This document shows positions 16,064-26,400 of a stretch of DNA of 32,000 bases, one piece after another. Made by a program: the position numbers and the translations under genes. The notes beneath the pieces were generated by a model, which was not told the DNA's origin, searched no databases, and saw nothing but the letters and a program-made list of their open reading frames with translations. The first letter of the stretch is position 1. Every line of letters starts with the position of its first letter. Origin of the DNA: an uncultured Chloroflexia bacterium (GTDB lineage: Bacteria; Chloroflexota; Anaerolineae; Anaerolineales; Anaerolineaceae); assembly GCA_963704755.1 (NCBI GenBank), contig OY969938.1:3930001-3962000 (forward strand), read 5' to 3'.

Positions 16064-17081
16064 CGGGGTCGTGGGGATCCTGGTAGCGCTGCTCATTGGC
16101 GCAGGAATCATGCTCGTCCAGGGATTCAACCCGATCGCGACCTATGGGGCCTTATTCAATTATTCATTAGGCGGCTTGTATCCCCTGGCTTCTACTTTAC
16201 GTAATTCGGTCCCGCTTATTCTCACCGGGCTGTCCGCGTCGGTGGCTTTTGCCTCGGGCCCGGTCAACCTGGGGCAGCCCGGGCAGTTCCTGATCGGTGC
16301 TTTATTCGCCACCGTCGGCGGGCTGTACCTGCACCTTCCGGCCGTGCTCATGATCCCGGTCCTGATCATCCTGGCCATGATCGGCGGGGCGCTCTGGTCG
16401 GGTATCGCCGGCTTGATGCGCAGGTGGTTCTCGATGGATGAGTTCATCACCACCCTGATGCTGAATATCATCGCGGATTTGTTCACTTACTGGGCCATCT
16501 CGTACCCCTTCTTCGACCAAACCGCCTACTCACCGATGACCCCCCAGATCGATAAAGCCGGCTGGCTGCCCGAATTTGGTGATTTCAATACCAACGTGAT
16601 CGTGATGGTGTTGGCCTTTGCGGCCGCATGGTTCATTATTTCGCGCATGACCGCCGGCTACGAATGGCGATTGACCGGCCAGAACTCGATTTTCGCCCGC
16701 CTGGGCGGCTGCAAAATCGATAAGAATTACATGACCGTCATGCTTTTTACCGGCGCTTTGGCCGGATTGGCCGGTGGTTTGATCGTCATGGCGGGGCCGC
16801 ATCGTTTTATCAAAGATATTGGGGCGAACTACGCCTGGGATGGGGTCATGATCGCCATGGTCGCGAATAACGGTCTGATCGGCACGCTCTTATATGGATT
16901 ATTCTTCAGTTCCTTGCAATCAGGTTCGCTGGGCATGGAACTCATCACCGCTGTTCCCAGCGAATTTATCTCGGTGCTGCAGGCGGTCATCGTTTTGGTC
17001 ATCGTGGCCGGGCGGGGCACGTTGGAGATTCTGCTCGACAGGAGCCTGGTTAAGCGTAAAGCAAGGGAGCGGGTAGCATGA
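16044..17081 (+). CDS. ABC transporter permease (NupP/RbsC-like)
   Basis: A 345-aa polytopic hydrophobic protein. It overlaps the ATPase gene by 20 nt. Confidence 0.85.
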   Translation: MRMKFVNGVVGILVALLIGAGIMLVQGFNPIATYGALFNYSLGGLYPLASTLRNSVPLILTGLSASVAFASGPVNLGQPGQFLIGALFATVGGLYLHLPAVLMIPVLIILAMIGGALWSGIAGLMRRWFSMDEFITTLMLNIIADLFTYWAISYPFFDQTAYSPMTPQIDKAGWLPEFGDFNTNVIVMVLAFAAAWFIISRMTAGYEWRLTGQNSIFARLGGCKIDKNYMTVMLFTGALAGLAGGLIVMAGPHRFIKDIGANYAWDGVMIAMVANNGLIGTLLYGLFFSSLQSGSLGMELITAVPSEFISVLQAVIVLVIVAGRGTLEILLDRSLVKRKARERVA

Positions 17082-17968
17082 ATGTCTTCGTTGGATTGAT
17101 TAATGGCATGATCTCCGGAGCGACTCCCATTTTGCTGGCTGCGCTGGGCGGCACATTCACCTTCTATGCGGGCATATTCAACATCGCCATGGAAGGGATG
17201 ATGCTGGGTGGGGCTTTCTTTGGGGTGCTCGGTTCTTACTACTTCCATTCCTGGCCGATGGGCATTCTTTGCGCGATTCTGGGCGCCCTCTTCATGGCTT
17301 TGATCTTCATTCTTTTCGCGGTCGTATTGAAAACCGACGAATTCGTCACCGGCATAGCCTTGAACCTGTTCGCCGTCGGCGCGACCACTTACATGCTCCG
17401 CCAGATTTTCAGTGTAAAAGGAGCCTTTTCCAGCCCGGATATCATCCCGATCCCTTCGATTACGATTCCGTTTCTCGATAAAGTGCCGGTTTTGGGCGAT
17501 GTGTTGAGCGGGCAGAACTTATTGGTGTACATCACGGTCCTGATGGTATTGGTCTCGGCTTTTGTGATCTTCAAGACAAAATTCGGTTTGCGCTTGCGCG
17601 CCGCCGGATATAACGCGCCCAGCCTGGATTCGAGCGGGGTCAAGACGGCTTCGATTCGCATCTGGTCGCTGGTGATCTGCGGGGTATTGTGCGGGCTGGC
17701 CGGGGCGTATCTCTCCCTGGGCTACGTGACCCTGTTTTCCGAGAATATGTCCGCCGGCCGGGGCTGGATATCCCTGGCGGCGGTGATTTTGGTGAATGGC
17801 AACCCGTGGGGCATAGCCCTTATCTCCCTGCTCTTCGGGTTTACCGATGGCCTGGGTTTGCTGCTGCAAAAATTCTTCCCCTCGCAATTCACCGGCATGG
17901 TGCCTTACCTGGCCACCCTGGTTTCTTTGTACTTCTACTCAATTCAAAAAAGGAAGAAACTGATATGA
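17078..17968 (+). CDS. ABC transporter permease (NupQ-like)
   Basis: A 296-aa polytopic hydrophobic protein, with an ATGA overlap with the previous gene. Confidence 0.85.
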   Translation: MNVFVGLINGMISGATPILLAALGGTFTFYAGIFNIAMEGMMLGGAFFGVLGSYYFHSWPMGILCAILGALFMALIFILFAVVLKTDEFVTGIALNLFAVGATTYMLRQIFSVKGAFSSPDIIPIPSITIPFLDKVPVLGDVLSGQNLLVYITVLMVLVSAFVIFKTKFGLRLRAAGYNAPSLDSSGVKTASIRIWSLVICGVLCGLAGAYLSLGYVTLFSENMSAGRGWISLAAVILVNGNPWGIALISLLFGFTDGLGLLLQKFFPSQFTGMVPYLATLVSLYFYSIQKRKKLI

Positions 17969-19338
17969 AAAAAGCCTGGCAAATGGAACGAGAATTACGG
18001 GACGCGGCCGTCCCGCTGGATCGGCGCACCCATTCTTCGAACTGGTACGACAGCAGTTTCGAGGTGCCTTACGGGGATGCCTTGATGAACATGTTCTGGA
18101 ATTCACGCGTACCCGGGTCGGATGCCCCCGAGATCCCTTACCTGGAAATGGCTCAGGCAGCCTATAACAAAGGCCTGGATACCTCGGCCGCCATGGAATT
18201 GATCCCGACCGGGATCAAACTGGCACAGGAAGGCAAAATCAATGAATTGCGGGCGATCACGGCCGAGATTCTGGAAACGCTCAATAGCGCGCCGGTCGAT
18301 CCGCAGCACCCGTTCCACAGCTACCAACATCCCGCCGCCTGGGAAGACGTCAAGGCGGCTATGGGTACGGTGCAGGAAACAGCCATTTCTTTCGATAATT
18401 CAAATTTGGGCGAGCGGATTTACCAGGGCTGGCTGGGCCAGTTGGCCGGCGGCTCTTTTGGCACGGCCATCGAAGGGTATACCGGGGAACAAATTGCCAA
18501 AGTGTATGGTGAAATCCGCGCCTACATCACCGAGCCCGAAACGACCAACGATGACGTGGTGTACGAGCTGGTCCTGCTGGACGTTTTCGAACGGCTGGGC
18601 CGAAAATTAACTTCCCGTGCCCTGGGCCTGGAATGGGTCAAGCAGATCCAGTTCGGTTGGTCGGCCGAATGGGTGGCCTTGCGCAATCTCAACCAGGGCA
18701 TTTTTCCGCCCGAATCTGGATCCTTCCAAAACCCGTATTCCAACTGGATCGGGGCCCAGATGCGTGGAATGGTGTGTGGCATGCTGGCGCCCGGCTGGCC
18801 GATGGAAGCTGCCCGGCTGGCGCATATCGATGGCGTCATCAGCCACGACAATAATGGCGTGTATGGCGAGATGTTTGCGGCGGTGATGACTTCTCTGGCG
18901 TTTGTCTATTCCGATCCGCGTGAAATTTTACAGGCTGCGGCGGAATATGTTCCCCAGAAAAGCCTGTACGCTGCGGTGCTGCGCGATTGCCTGGCGGTCG
19001 TCAGCCACGAAAGTAACCCGGCCGCTGCCTGGAAGATTCTCGAGAAGCACTATGAAGAATATAACTGGATCGATGCCCATCCCAACATCGCGGCCGTGAT
19101 TTATTCCCTCTGGTATAGCCAGAAGGACATGACCGAATGCTTCTCGCTGCTGGCAAAGGCCGGCCTGGATGTGGATTGTAACGGCGGCCTGGCCGGGAAC
19201 GTTCTTGGGGTGATCCGGCCGGTTCCGGCAAAGTGGGCAGACCCTTTAGGCGATTTGCTGGAGACCTATTTGAAAGGCAAAGAAAAGATATCGATCCGCG
19301 AACTGGCTTCGCGAACGACAAAGATGGCTGTGCAATAA
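17965..19338 (+). CDS. ADP-ribosylglycohydrolase-family protein with ~150-aa N-terminal extension
   Basis: The ATG at 17965 overlaps the permease stop (ATGA). It has an ARH-like [14 protein letters not shown] (canonical G-x-a-x-GDA-x-G-x-x-x-E) and C-terminal [16 protein letters not shown] (canonical D-x-D-[TC]-x-[AG]). The track ORF start at 17689 is rejected because it lies inside the permease. Confidence 0.75.
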   Translation: MKKAWQMERELRDAAVPLDRRTHSSNWYDSSFEVPYGDALMNMFWNSRVPGSDAPEIPYLEMAQAAYNKGLDTSAAMELIPTGIKLAQEGKINELRAITAEILETLNSAPVDPQHPFHSYQHPAAWEDVKAAMGTVQETAISFDNSNLGERIYQGWLGQLAGGSFGTAIEGYTGEQIAKVYGEIRAYITEPETTNDDVVYELVLLDVFERLGRKLTSRALGLEWVKQIQFGWSAEWVALRNLNQGIFPPESGSFQNPYSNWIGAQMRGMVCGMLAPGWPMEAARLAHIDGVISHDNNGVYGEMFAAVMTSLAFVYSDPREILQAAAEYVPQKSLYAAVLRDCLAVVSHESNPAAAWKILEKHYEEYNWIDAHPNIAAVIYSLWYSQKDMTECFSLLAKAGLDVDCNGGLAGNVLGVIRPVPAKWADPLGDLLETYLKGKEKISIRELASRTTKMAVQ

Positions 19339-19345
19339 AAAGTTG

Positions 19346-19455
19346 GTAACTGCTCAGCCACCGCAAAAGAGAGGGGTGTTTTTAAGGTTTTTCGCGTGCA
19401 TCGCACGCGAAAAACCTTAAAGCACCCCTAATTTCCGACCTGCCTGAGGAGTTAC
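19346..19455. repeat. MITE-like element: 12-bp terminal inverted repeats around a long palindrome
   Basis: The left end is gtaactgctcag (19346-19357). The right end is ctgaggagttac (19444-19455), matching 11/12 as reverse complement. The internal palindrome at 19372-19429 has the perfect core aaggtttttcgcgtgc atc gcacgcgaaaaacctt. Confidence 0.75.
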
Positions 19456-19460
19456 AAATG

Positions 19461-19517
19461 TTGCTCAATTAAAAAGTTTGCGGTGGCTTCGCCACCGCAA
19501 ACTTTTTAATTGAGCAA
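19461..19517. repeat. Perfect 27-bp-arm palindrome
   Basis: ttgctcaattaaaaagtttgcggtggc ttc gccaccgcaaactttttaattgagcaa. The termini tgctca/tgagca echo the MITE termini. Confidence 0.9.
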
Positions 19518-19628
19518 CAACTTAACCCGAGCTTGAGGAGCAACCCTCATCCTTACAACTTCTTAACTAATCTCCGCCTTGCGGCGATAATGGTTGCCAT
19601 TCCTCCCGCTTTTGCGTAAGATTAAAGG

Positions 19629-19737
19629 TACTTCTCAGGCTCGAGCGAGGGACTTCCGAATCTGAGGTGTTTGCGGTGACGTAGTCACCGCAAACACCTC
19701 AGATTCGGGGTTCTTACTTAATTGACTGAGCAGATAA
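19629..19737. repeat. MITE-like element, degenerate termini, perfect 25-bp-arm palindrome
   Basis: The palindrome at 19656-19708 is ccgaatctgaggtgtttgcggtgac gta gtcaccgcaaacacctcagattcgg. It is flanked by gtacttctcagg (9/12 to the consensus end) and ctgagcagataa. Confidence 0.7.
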
Positions 19738-19787
19738 TTTTTACTCCGGCCTAAATTTATTCTTATTAGCCACGAACGGAGGCATGG

Positions 19788-20678
19788 ATGAGCAAAGCCC
19801 GCCTGTTGATCGTTGAAGACGATGTCGATATTGCCAATATGCTGCGGATCTTTTTTACCAACCTGGATTACGAGGTGGACTGGGCGCCACGCGGGCAGGA
19901 TGCCCTCGAGAAGACCCGCCTGGGTATGCCGCACTTGATTATTTTGGACATCATGCTGCCGGATATCGATGGTTACGAAGTCTGCCGGGCGCTGCGCACC
20001 AGCACCCGTACCAGTCATATCCCGGTTTTATTCTTGACCCAAAAAGATGAACGCAGCGACAAATTGAAGGGCCTGGAATTGGGTGCGGATGATTACATCA
20101 CCAAGCCGTTCGACATCGAGGAATTGAAGCTGCGTGTTCATAACGCCGTGGCCCGCTCCGAGCGAGAAAGCCTGACCGATCCGCAGACCGGCCTGCCGGC
20201 CGGCAAACTGATCGAGGACCATCTGCGCAAACTGATCCGGTTACCGAGCTGGGCTTACCTGGATGTGCGTATCAACGATTTCGAGCCGTTCAAGGAAGTG
20301 TACGGTTTCATTGCCGCCAACGATGTGCTGCGCTACACGGCTATCTTGCTGGGCGAAGTGGTGGATGGGTTGGGTACGCCGGAAGATTTTATCGGGCACG
20401 CCGGAGGGGACAGCTTTGTGATTTTTACCACCCCGCAGGCCGCTTCTGGCCTCGTCAGCCGGCTGAAAGAACGCTTTGCCGTTGAAATTTTGACCCATTA
20501 CAACTTTTTGGACCGCCAGCAGGGGTTTATCCTGACCCCCGAAAAAGGTGGCAGCACCGTGAAGACCCGTTTTATGACGCTATCCATTGGCAGCGTCTCT
20601 CCTCAAACCCACCAGTTTTCAGATATCCGCGAAATCACCGAATTAGCTGCGGAAGAACGCCGCCGCGACGCAGCCTGA
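19788..20678 (+). CDS. Response regulator: receiver domain + degenerate GGDEF-like domain
   Basis: The REC motifs are LIVEDD, LIILDIMLPDIDG and ITKPF. The output domain is DPQTGLPAGK..., LDVRINDFEPFKEVYGFIAANDVL, HAGGDSF, so the signature is GGDSF rather than GG(D/E)EF. GGAGG Shine-Dalgarno lies 5 nt upstream. Confidence 0.85.
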   Translation: MSKARLLIVEDDVDIANMLRIFFTNLDYEVDWAPRGQDALEKTRLGMPHLIILDIMLPDIDGYEVCRALRTSTRTSHIPVLFLTQKDERSDKLKGLELGADDYITKPFDIEELKLRVHNAVARSERESLTDPQTGLPAGKLIEDHLRKLIRLPSWAYLDVRINDFEPFKEVYGFIAANDVLRYTAILLGEVVDGLGTPEDFIGHAGGDSFVIFTTPQAASGLVSRLKERFAVEILTHYNFLDRQQGFILTPEKGGSTVKTRFMTLSIGSVSPQTHQFSDIREITELAAEERRRDAA

Positions 20679-20705
20679 CGCGGGAAAGGCCGGCTGACAG
20701 TACCC

Positions 20706-23432
20706 ATGGCACTGAACAATCCGTTCGTCCTGGGAGCAGTTTTAGGCATAAGTGGCCTGGTTTTGTGGGGGGCGGCCATTCTTTTGCTGGTCATCCCTTC
20801 CAGGGCCAAAACCAACCCGACCAAATTCGTCCCTAACGTGGATGAGGAATTGCCCGACCTCTCCGCGAATGCTTTGGTATTGGTGCGGCCGGGAGGACGG
20901 GTAGAATATGTCAACCAGGCGGCGCGGAAGGTATTCAACCTCAGCGGAGACGCTCTGCCAAGTCTGGAAATCCTGGCGCGTTTGCTCCATCCCAAGGAAG
21001 AGCTGTATGCCTTGTGTAACACCGATCGCCGGGCTCGCCTGGACCTGCAGGGGCTGACCTTGGATGCGGTATCATTCCATTTACCCTGGGGTGATGAAGG
21101 GCTGCAAATGCTGGTTTTCCAGCCGGAAGCTCTGGCAGAGACCGCTATGCCGGAACAAACGCTGGTATCCGGGCATTCCCTGCGCTCTTTGCTCGAAACA
21201 GGCGGTCGGATCTCGACCAGCCTGGTATTGGATACCACCATCCGGATCGTACTCGAGACGCTCAACGAGTTCTTCCCAGCCGACCTGCGCGAGGTGACCT
21301 TGTGGGAAGAAGCCGCCCAACGGCTGGTGCCTTACCGGCTGGTCTATTCGCTGGAAGGTGCCCCGCGGGTGGAGCGCTTGCGCCACACCTACACCCTGGA
21401 CGACCGCTATTCGGGCGCATTGATCCGTGACGGGCACTCGCTGCTGGTCCGCGATGCCCAGGACATTGGGGAAATCGCCCCAAATGGCACCAACGGCCAA
21501 CGGGTGTTCCCTTTACGTTCCTTTTTGGGTGTGCCCCTGCTGGCCGAAGGTGAACCGGTAGGCACGCTGGAACTGTCTTCCTACAGCAGCGGCGGTTTCA
21601 AGGAGCAGGACCGGGACCTGCTGGAGATATTTTCCGGCCAGGCGGCCATTGCCTTGCGTAATGCGCGCCAGTTCGAGAAGGAACGCAGCAAGACCGCCGA
21701 GATGAACGGCCTGGCCCAACTGGCCCAATCGTTCGGTGCGGTGCGGGATGCCAAGGTCATGTACGAAAGGATGGTGACCACCATCCGGCCGCTGCTGAAG
21801 GTCAATGTCCTCGGCTTTCTCCTCTACAACGATAATACCCGCGCGCTGGAGGCTCAGGCGCCTTTCGTGGGCATCCCCGAGCAATTCCTGGAGCTTTACC
21901 ATGTGCCGGTGCCGGCGAACAGCAAGCTGGAGAGCACTTTCTTGAACCAGGAGATGCTCATCAGCGAAAACGCCCGCCTGGACCCGCGCTGGAGTGAATT
22001 GGGCTTCGAGCCGGTCGCCATGGCCGCCAGCCTGGAAGATACGGTCATGGCTCCGCTGGTGACCGGGGGCCGCATTCTGGGCTATTTGCAGGCGGCCAAC
22101 CACCAGGAAGGCCCGGCTATTTTCTCCCGCGAAGAGTTGCACCTGTTGACGATCATCGCCAACCAGGCTGCCCCGGTGATCGACAACGCCAACCTGATCC
22201 AGCAGTCGCGTCTGCGGGCGCAGCGCGCCGAGGGACTGCGCCGGATTGCCAGCCTGGCCAGTTCGGCAGCCGGCCTGGACGAAATATTGAAGTATTCCTT
22301 GCAGGAGCTGGCCCGGCTGCTACAGGCCGACCTGGGGCTGGTCTTCTTGATGGACCGGCGCCAGTCGTATATGGAACTGGACCAGGCGTCATGTTATGGC
22401 GATCACACCCCGGCCAGCGAGCGCGTTACGCGCCTTTTGGTGGACGACGTGCAATTTCCCTTCACTGCCGCCGGCGGCCAGCACGCCTTCTTACTCAACC
22501 AGGAACAATCCGACCAGCCGGTGGTGCCTTTCTATACCCAATTGATGCACACCTGGCAGGTCGAATCCCTGGCGGTTGCCCCGTTGGTGATCCAGGAGCA
22601 GGGCATTGGGGAGATCTGGTTTGGTTCGCGCCAGCAGAATTTCTTCAACCAGGGCGATCTGCAACTGGTGAGCACGGCCGCCGGGCAACTGGCCGGGATG
22701 GTCGAGCGCAATAACCTGGCCCAGGAGACCGACGAAAGCCTGCGCCGCCAAATCGAACAATTGACCTCCCTGGCCCACGCTACCCGCGAGTTGAACAGCA
22801 CCAGCGACCTGGGGTATGTCTTGCAAACGGTCCTGGACGAAGCCTTGAAGGCGACCCAGGCTGATTGCGGTTCGATCCTGTTTTTCGAAGCGGATTTGGA
22901 TGCGGACCGGGAACCGGTGACCCGCCTGTGGGTCGGTGATGCGCCGGTAGATGGGCTGGGCGGGTTGGAACGGCAGGTGTTGAACAGTGGGCATGTACAG
23001 GTCTTCGGCGAAGGCGACCCGGTGGATTACGTCTTTCCGCATGCTGCCATCCGCTCATGCCTGGTCGCGCCGATTTACGTCAACGACCGGCCGCGCGGGC
23101 TGGCCAGCCTGCATTCCGCCCAGGTGGATATTTTCAACAGTGCCGTAACCGAATTTGTGCTCTCTCTGCTGGCGCAAACCGGGATTGCCCTCAACAACGC
23201 CCTGCGGCAGGAAAAACAGGAGCAGCACAATGCGGCGGTAGAAGATTGGCTGGAAACGATAACCGGCCTGCTGCGCCCGTCCCAGGCTTTGGAACCGGGA
23301 AGCGCGACTCTGCTGGCCGATCTGGATCGCGCCATCCAGGTAATCCGGGCGGCGACTCCATTCCAGATAGCCCGGATCAGCCTGTACGATCCCCAGGTAG
23401 AGGGATTCCGCTGGGTGGTGCAAGAAGGTTAA
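20706..23432 (+). CDS. N-terminal part of giant multi-GAF sensor kinase (TM + PAS-like + 4.5 GAF repeats)
   Basis: It has one N-terminal TM helix. The GAF C-terminal helix motifs recur (QAAIALRNARQFEKE, QAAPVIDNANLIQQS, QLAGMVERNNLAQET, QTGIALNNALRQEKQ). The ORF stops inside a fifth GAF domain. Confidence 0.8.
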   Translation: MALNNPFVLGAVLGISGLVLWGAAILLLVIPSRAKTNPTKFVPNVDEELPDLSANALVLVRPGGRVEYVNQAARKVFNLSGDALPSLEILARLLHPKEELYALCNTDRRARLDLQGLTLDAVSFHLPWGDEGLQMLVFQPEALAETAMPEQTLVSGHSLRSLLETGGRISTSLVLDTTIRIVLETLNEFFPADLREVTLWEEAAQRLVPYRLVYSLEGAPRVERLRHTYTLDDRYSGALIRDGHSLLVRDAQDIGEIAPNGTNGQRVFPLRSFLGVPLLAEGEPVGTLELSSYSSGGFKEQDRDLLEIFSGQAAIALRNARQFEKERSKTAEMNGLAQLAQSFGAVRDAKVMYERMVTTIRPLLKVNVLGFLLYNDNTRALEAQAPFVGIPEQFLELYHVPVPANSKLESTFLNQEMLISENARLDPRWSELGFEPVAMAASLEDTVMAPLVTGGRILGYLQAANHQEGPAIFSREELHLLTIIANQAAPVIDNANLIQQSRLRAQRAEGLRRIASLASSAAGLDEILKYSLQELARLLQADLGLVFLMDRRQSYMELDQASCYGDHTPASERVTRLLVDDVQFPFTAAGGQHAFLLNQEQSDQPVVPFYTQLMHTWQVESLAVAPLVIQEQGIGEIWFGSRQQNFFNQGDLQLVSTAAGQLAGMVERNNLAQETDESLRRQIEQLTSLAHATRELNSTSDLGYVLQTVLDEALKATQADCGSILFFEADLDADREPVTRLWVGDAPVDGLGGLERQVLNSGHVQVFGEGDPVDYVFPHAAIRSCLVAPIYVNDRPRGLASLHSAQVDIFNSAVTEFVLSLLAQTGIALNNALRQEKQEQHNAAVEDWLETITGLLRPSQALEPGSATLLADLDRAIQVIRAATPFQIARISLYDPQVEGFRWVVQEG

Positions 23433-26400
23433 CCGAGCCGGCCTGGCAAGATCTGCGCGGGCAGGTTCAGGCCTGGAGCGAGGTACGCGCGCTCCTCCGC
23501 GAGGATTACCGCTCCAGCGGCCTGTATTTTATCCCTGGACCACCGGCACTTATCCTGGCGCCGTTGCTCGATTCGGCCGGCGTCAACATGCTGGGCTTGC
23601 TCCACCTGGAAGATGCCCGAGAAGCTGGCCACCCGGATAAAACTACCCTGGGTTTCATCGAAGTATTTGCCGGCCTGGCCGGTAAGCTGATCGAAAACCA
23701 TTCGCTTTTCACCCAGGCCCGAGGCGAGACGATGGGCCTGGAAAAAAGCGCCGAAATAGCCCATAGCCTGGAGTTCCTGCCGGAAAGCGAAGCAGCCCTG
23801 GTGGCTACTCTGGAACGCATCCGCTTCGGGCTGGAGACTGCCGGAATGGTCGGCCGGCAGAGCGACGAACTGTCTGCCCTGGTGAAACTGGCCGGCATGT
23901 TGTGCACTCATTTTTCCATGCAAGTAGGCCTGGCAGCTCAATCCGGGCCGGCCGGCGGGCGGATTGTAGCCGTGGCCGGCAGCTTGCCCGAGGGGGCCAA
24001 CCCGGAAGCTTTGTTTGGCCAGCGTAACCCGCTGCGCCAGTCCCTCCAGGATAACAAGCTCATCTTCGTGCCGGACCTGGCTCAGGAGCCGGAATGGAGC
24101 AGTTCGTCTCTGGTGCGAGCGCTGGGCTCGGCCAGTTTCATCGTCCTGCCTTTTGAAGGCCTGGAAGGACAGTGCGCAGCCGTGATGGTCAGCAGCGGGC
24201 AGCCCTTCGAGCCGTTGAGTTACCTGGATTACCGGGTGTACGAGCAGCTCTGCGTACAAATTGGGAACGGGCTGCGCAATCTGGGCCTGGCGGCCGAATC
24301 GAAGCGCCGCCTGGAAGAAGTCAACCTTCTGCTGGAATTCAGCCGCAAGATCAGCTCGCTGGACCGCGAACATATCCTGCAGACCCTGGTCGAAACCTCT
24401 AACCAGGTTTTGTACAAATCGCAGGCCTGCTGGTTCGGCATCCTGGATGAAGAAGCCGGCTGGGTCGCGCCCCTGGTCGCCAGCGGCTATGCGGACAATG
24501 AAGCTTTGCTGGAGATCCACATCCCGCAAACCGGCGACCCGGCACCTCTGCCGGTGCGGGCGATCCAGGAAGCCCGGCCGTTTTTGACCAACGAGACCCT
24601 CTTTTCACGCGATTACGGCCTGGCCCAGGAGGATTTACTGGTTTACCAGCATGGGGCGGCAAAAAAATGGCCGGTGAGTGTATTGGCCGTGCCCGCGCTG
24701 CTGGGAAACAAAGCGCTGGGGGTGCTGGTGGCCGAAAGCTTCGGCGAAGGCGAGCCATATGGACCGGAAGACCAGACCCTGGCCCTGTCCCTGGCCGGGC
24801 AGGCGGCGCTGGCCCTGGAAAACGCACGTCTGTACGAAGAAAGTGTCCGTAAAGCAGTCGAGTTGGACCAACGCTCCAGCCGCATGTGGCTGCTCAACCG
24901 CCTGTCAGCCGACCTGGGCAGCACCCTGGATGGCAGCACGGTCTTGAATCTGACCTGTGAGCGATTGGCGCGTGCGTTGAATACCGTCCTGGTGGCGGTG
25001 GTGCTGCGCGATAGCCCCGACAAAATTTACCTGACGGCCGAATCCCCGGCCGGTTACGGCAAGTCCTACCCACAATCCTTGCCGCGCACACCTTTCCTCG
25101 AGCCGCTCGGTCCCTCGACCGAACCGGTCAGCATCAGCGACGTGCAGGAAGTGGATGGCCTGTGGCCCCTGGCCGAGGCTTATTTCGACGAAAACGGCAC
25201 CCGCTCGCTTTTGATCGTTCCCCTGGCGACCGGGTCGGACTTACTCGGTTGGGTGTTAGCCCAGGACTCACACGTGCGCCATTTTACGGCCGCCGAGATC
25301 GAGCTGGCCATAACCGTTTGTAACCAGACCGCCATGGCCTTGCAGAACGCGCGCCGTTTCGAAGAAACCCGCCTGTTGAAGGAAGACCTGGAGCGGCGGG
25401 TGGAAGAGCGCAGTGGTGAACTGGTGCAGGAGCATCACAATACCCAGACCATGCTGCGGGTGATCACCGAGCTGGCGGCCAGCATGGATATCCAGCAGGT
25501 GCTCAACCGTTCGTTGATCGTCCTCAATGAGGCACTGGCTGCGGATGAGGCGCTCATTGTGGTGGCAAACAGCCGGCGGGTTTTTCATGCCGGGCAGGAT
25601 TTATTAGGTGCGGGTGGGCCGGAAGGGTCTTTTACGCGGGTCGAAATGGATTTGCAGCGATGGGTCATTCGCCAGCGCCAGCCGGCTATTCTGGCGGATA
25701 TCGGCAGCGATGAATACTGGAACCCCGAGCAGGAGACGCGGCCGTACTGCAGCCTGATCGCATTGCCCCTGGCGGTAGGCGAGGAAACCCTGGGGGTGTT
25801 GATGCTTTCGCACCGCCGGCCCAATTTCTTCGATGAAGGGCAACTGGCCTTGCTGGAAGGTGTTTCGCGCCAGATGGCCATCACCTTGAATAACGCCGAG
25901 GCGTTCAAATTGATCCGGGACCAGTCGGAAAACCTGGGCGGGCTGCTGCGGGCGCAGGAGATCGAGTCCTCCCGTTCGCGGGGAATATTGGAGGCGGTCG
26001 CCGATGGCGTGATCGTCACCGATCCGCTGCAGGAGATTACCCTGTTCAACCGTTCGGCGGAACAGATCCTGGCGGTCAAATCCAGGCAAGTGCTGCATAA
26101 ATCGATATTGGAGCTGATCAATGTGATGGGCGGCACCGGCAGCGGCTGGATCCCCACCATCCAGCGCTGGTCCACCGGGTTGACCAAGGATTTATCGGGT
26201 GAGACCTTTGCCGAGCAGGTCAACTTGAACCACGGCCGGGTCGTGTCCATCCACCTTTCTCCGGTCATCTGGCGAAATGAATACCTGGGTACGGTTTCCA
26301 TCTTCCGCGATATCACCCACCAGACCCAGGTGGACCGCTTGAAATCCGAGTTCGTCGCCAACGTCAGCCATGAGCTGCGCACCCCCTTGACCTCGATCAA

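Noticed and set aside
17689-17964. Upstream extension of the ARH-family ORF (track start 17689)
   Set aside because: It lies inside the permease gene in another frame. The ATG at 17965 overlaps the permease stop (ATGA), and the ARH-family protein sequence starts there.
23057-23428. N-terminal 124 codons of the 1335-aa ORF (ATG at 23057)
   Set aside because: It overlaps the 3' end of ORF 20706-23432 out of frame. The sequence is Arg/Pro/Gly-rich with no domain character, and the GAF-like sequence only begins at about 23429.
23429-24529. 366-aa minus-strand ORF (and similar ones at 25585-26652, 26192-26719, 21513-22142, 20603-21265, 22491-23042)
   Set aside because: All are antisense to the GAF/histidine-kinase reading frames in GC-rich DNA and show no motifs. 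They are shadow ORFs.
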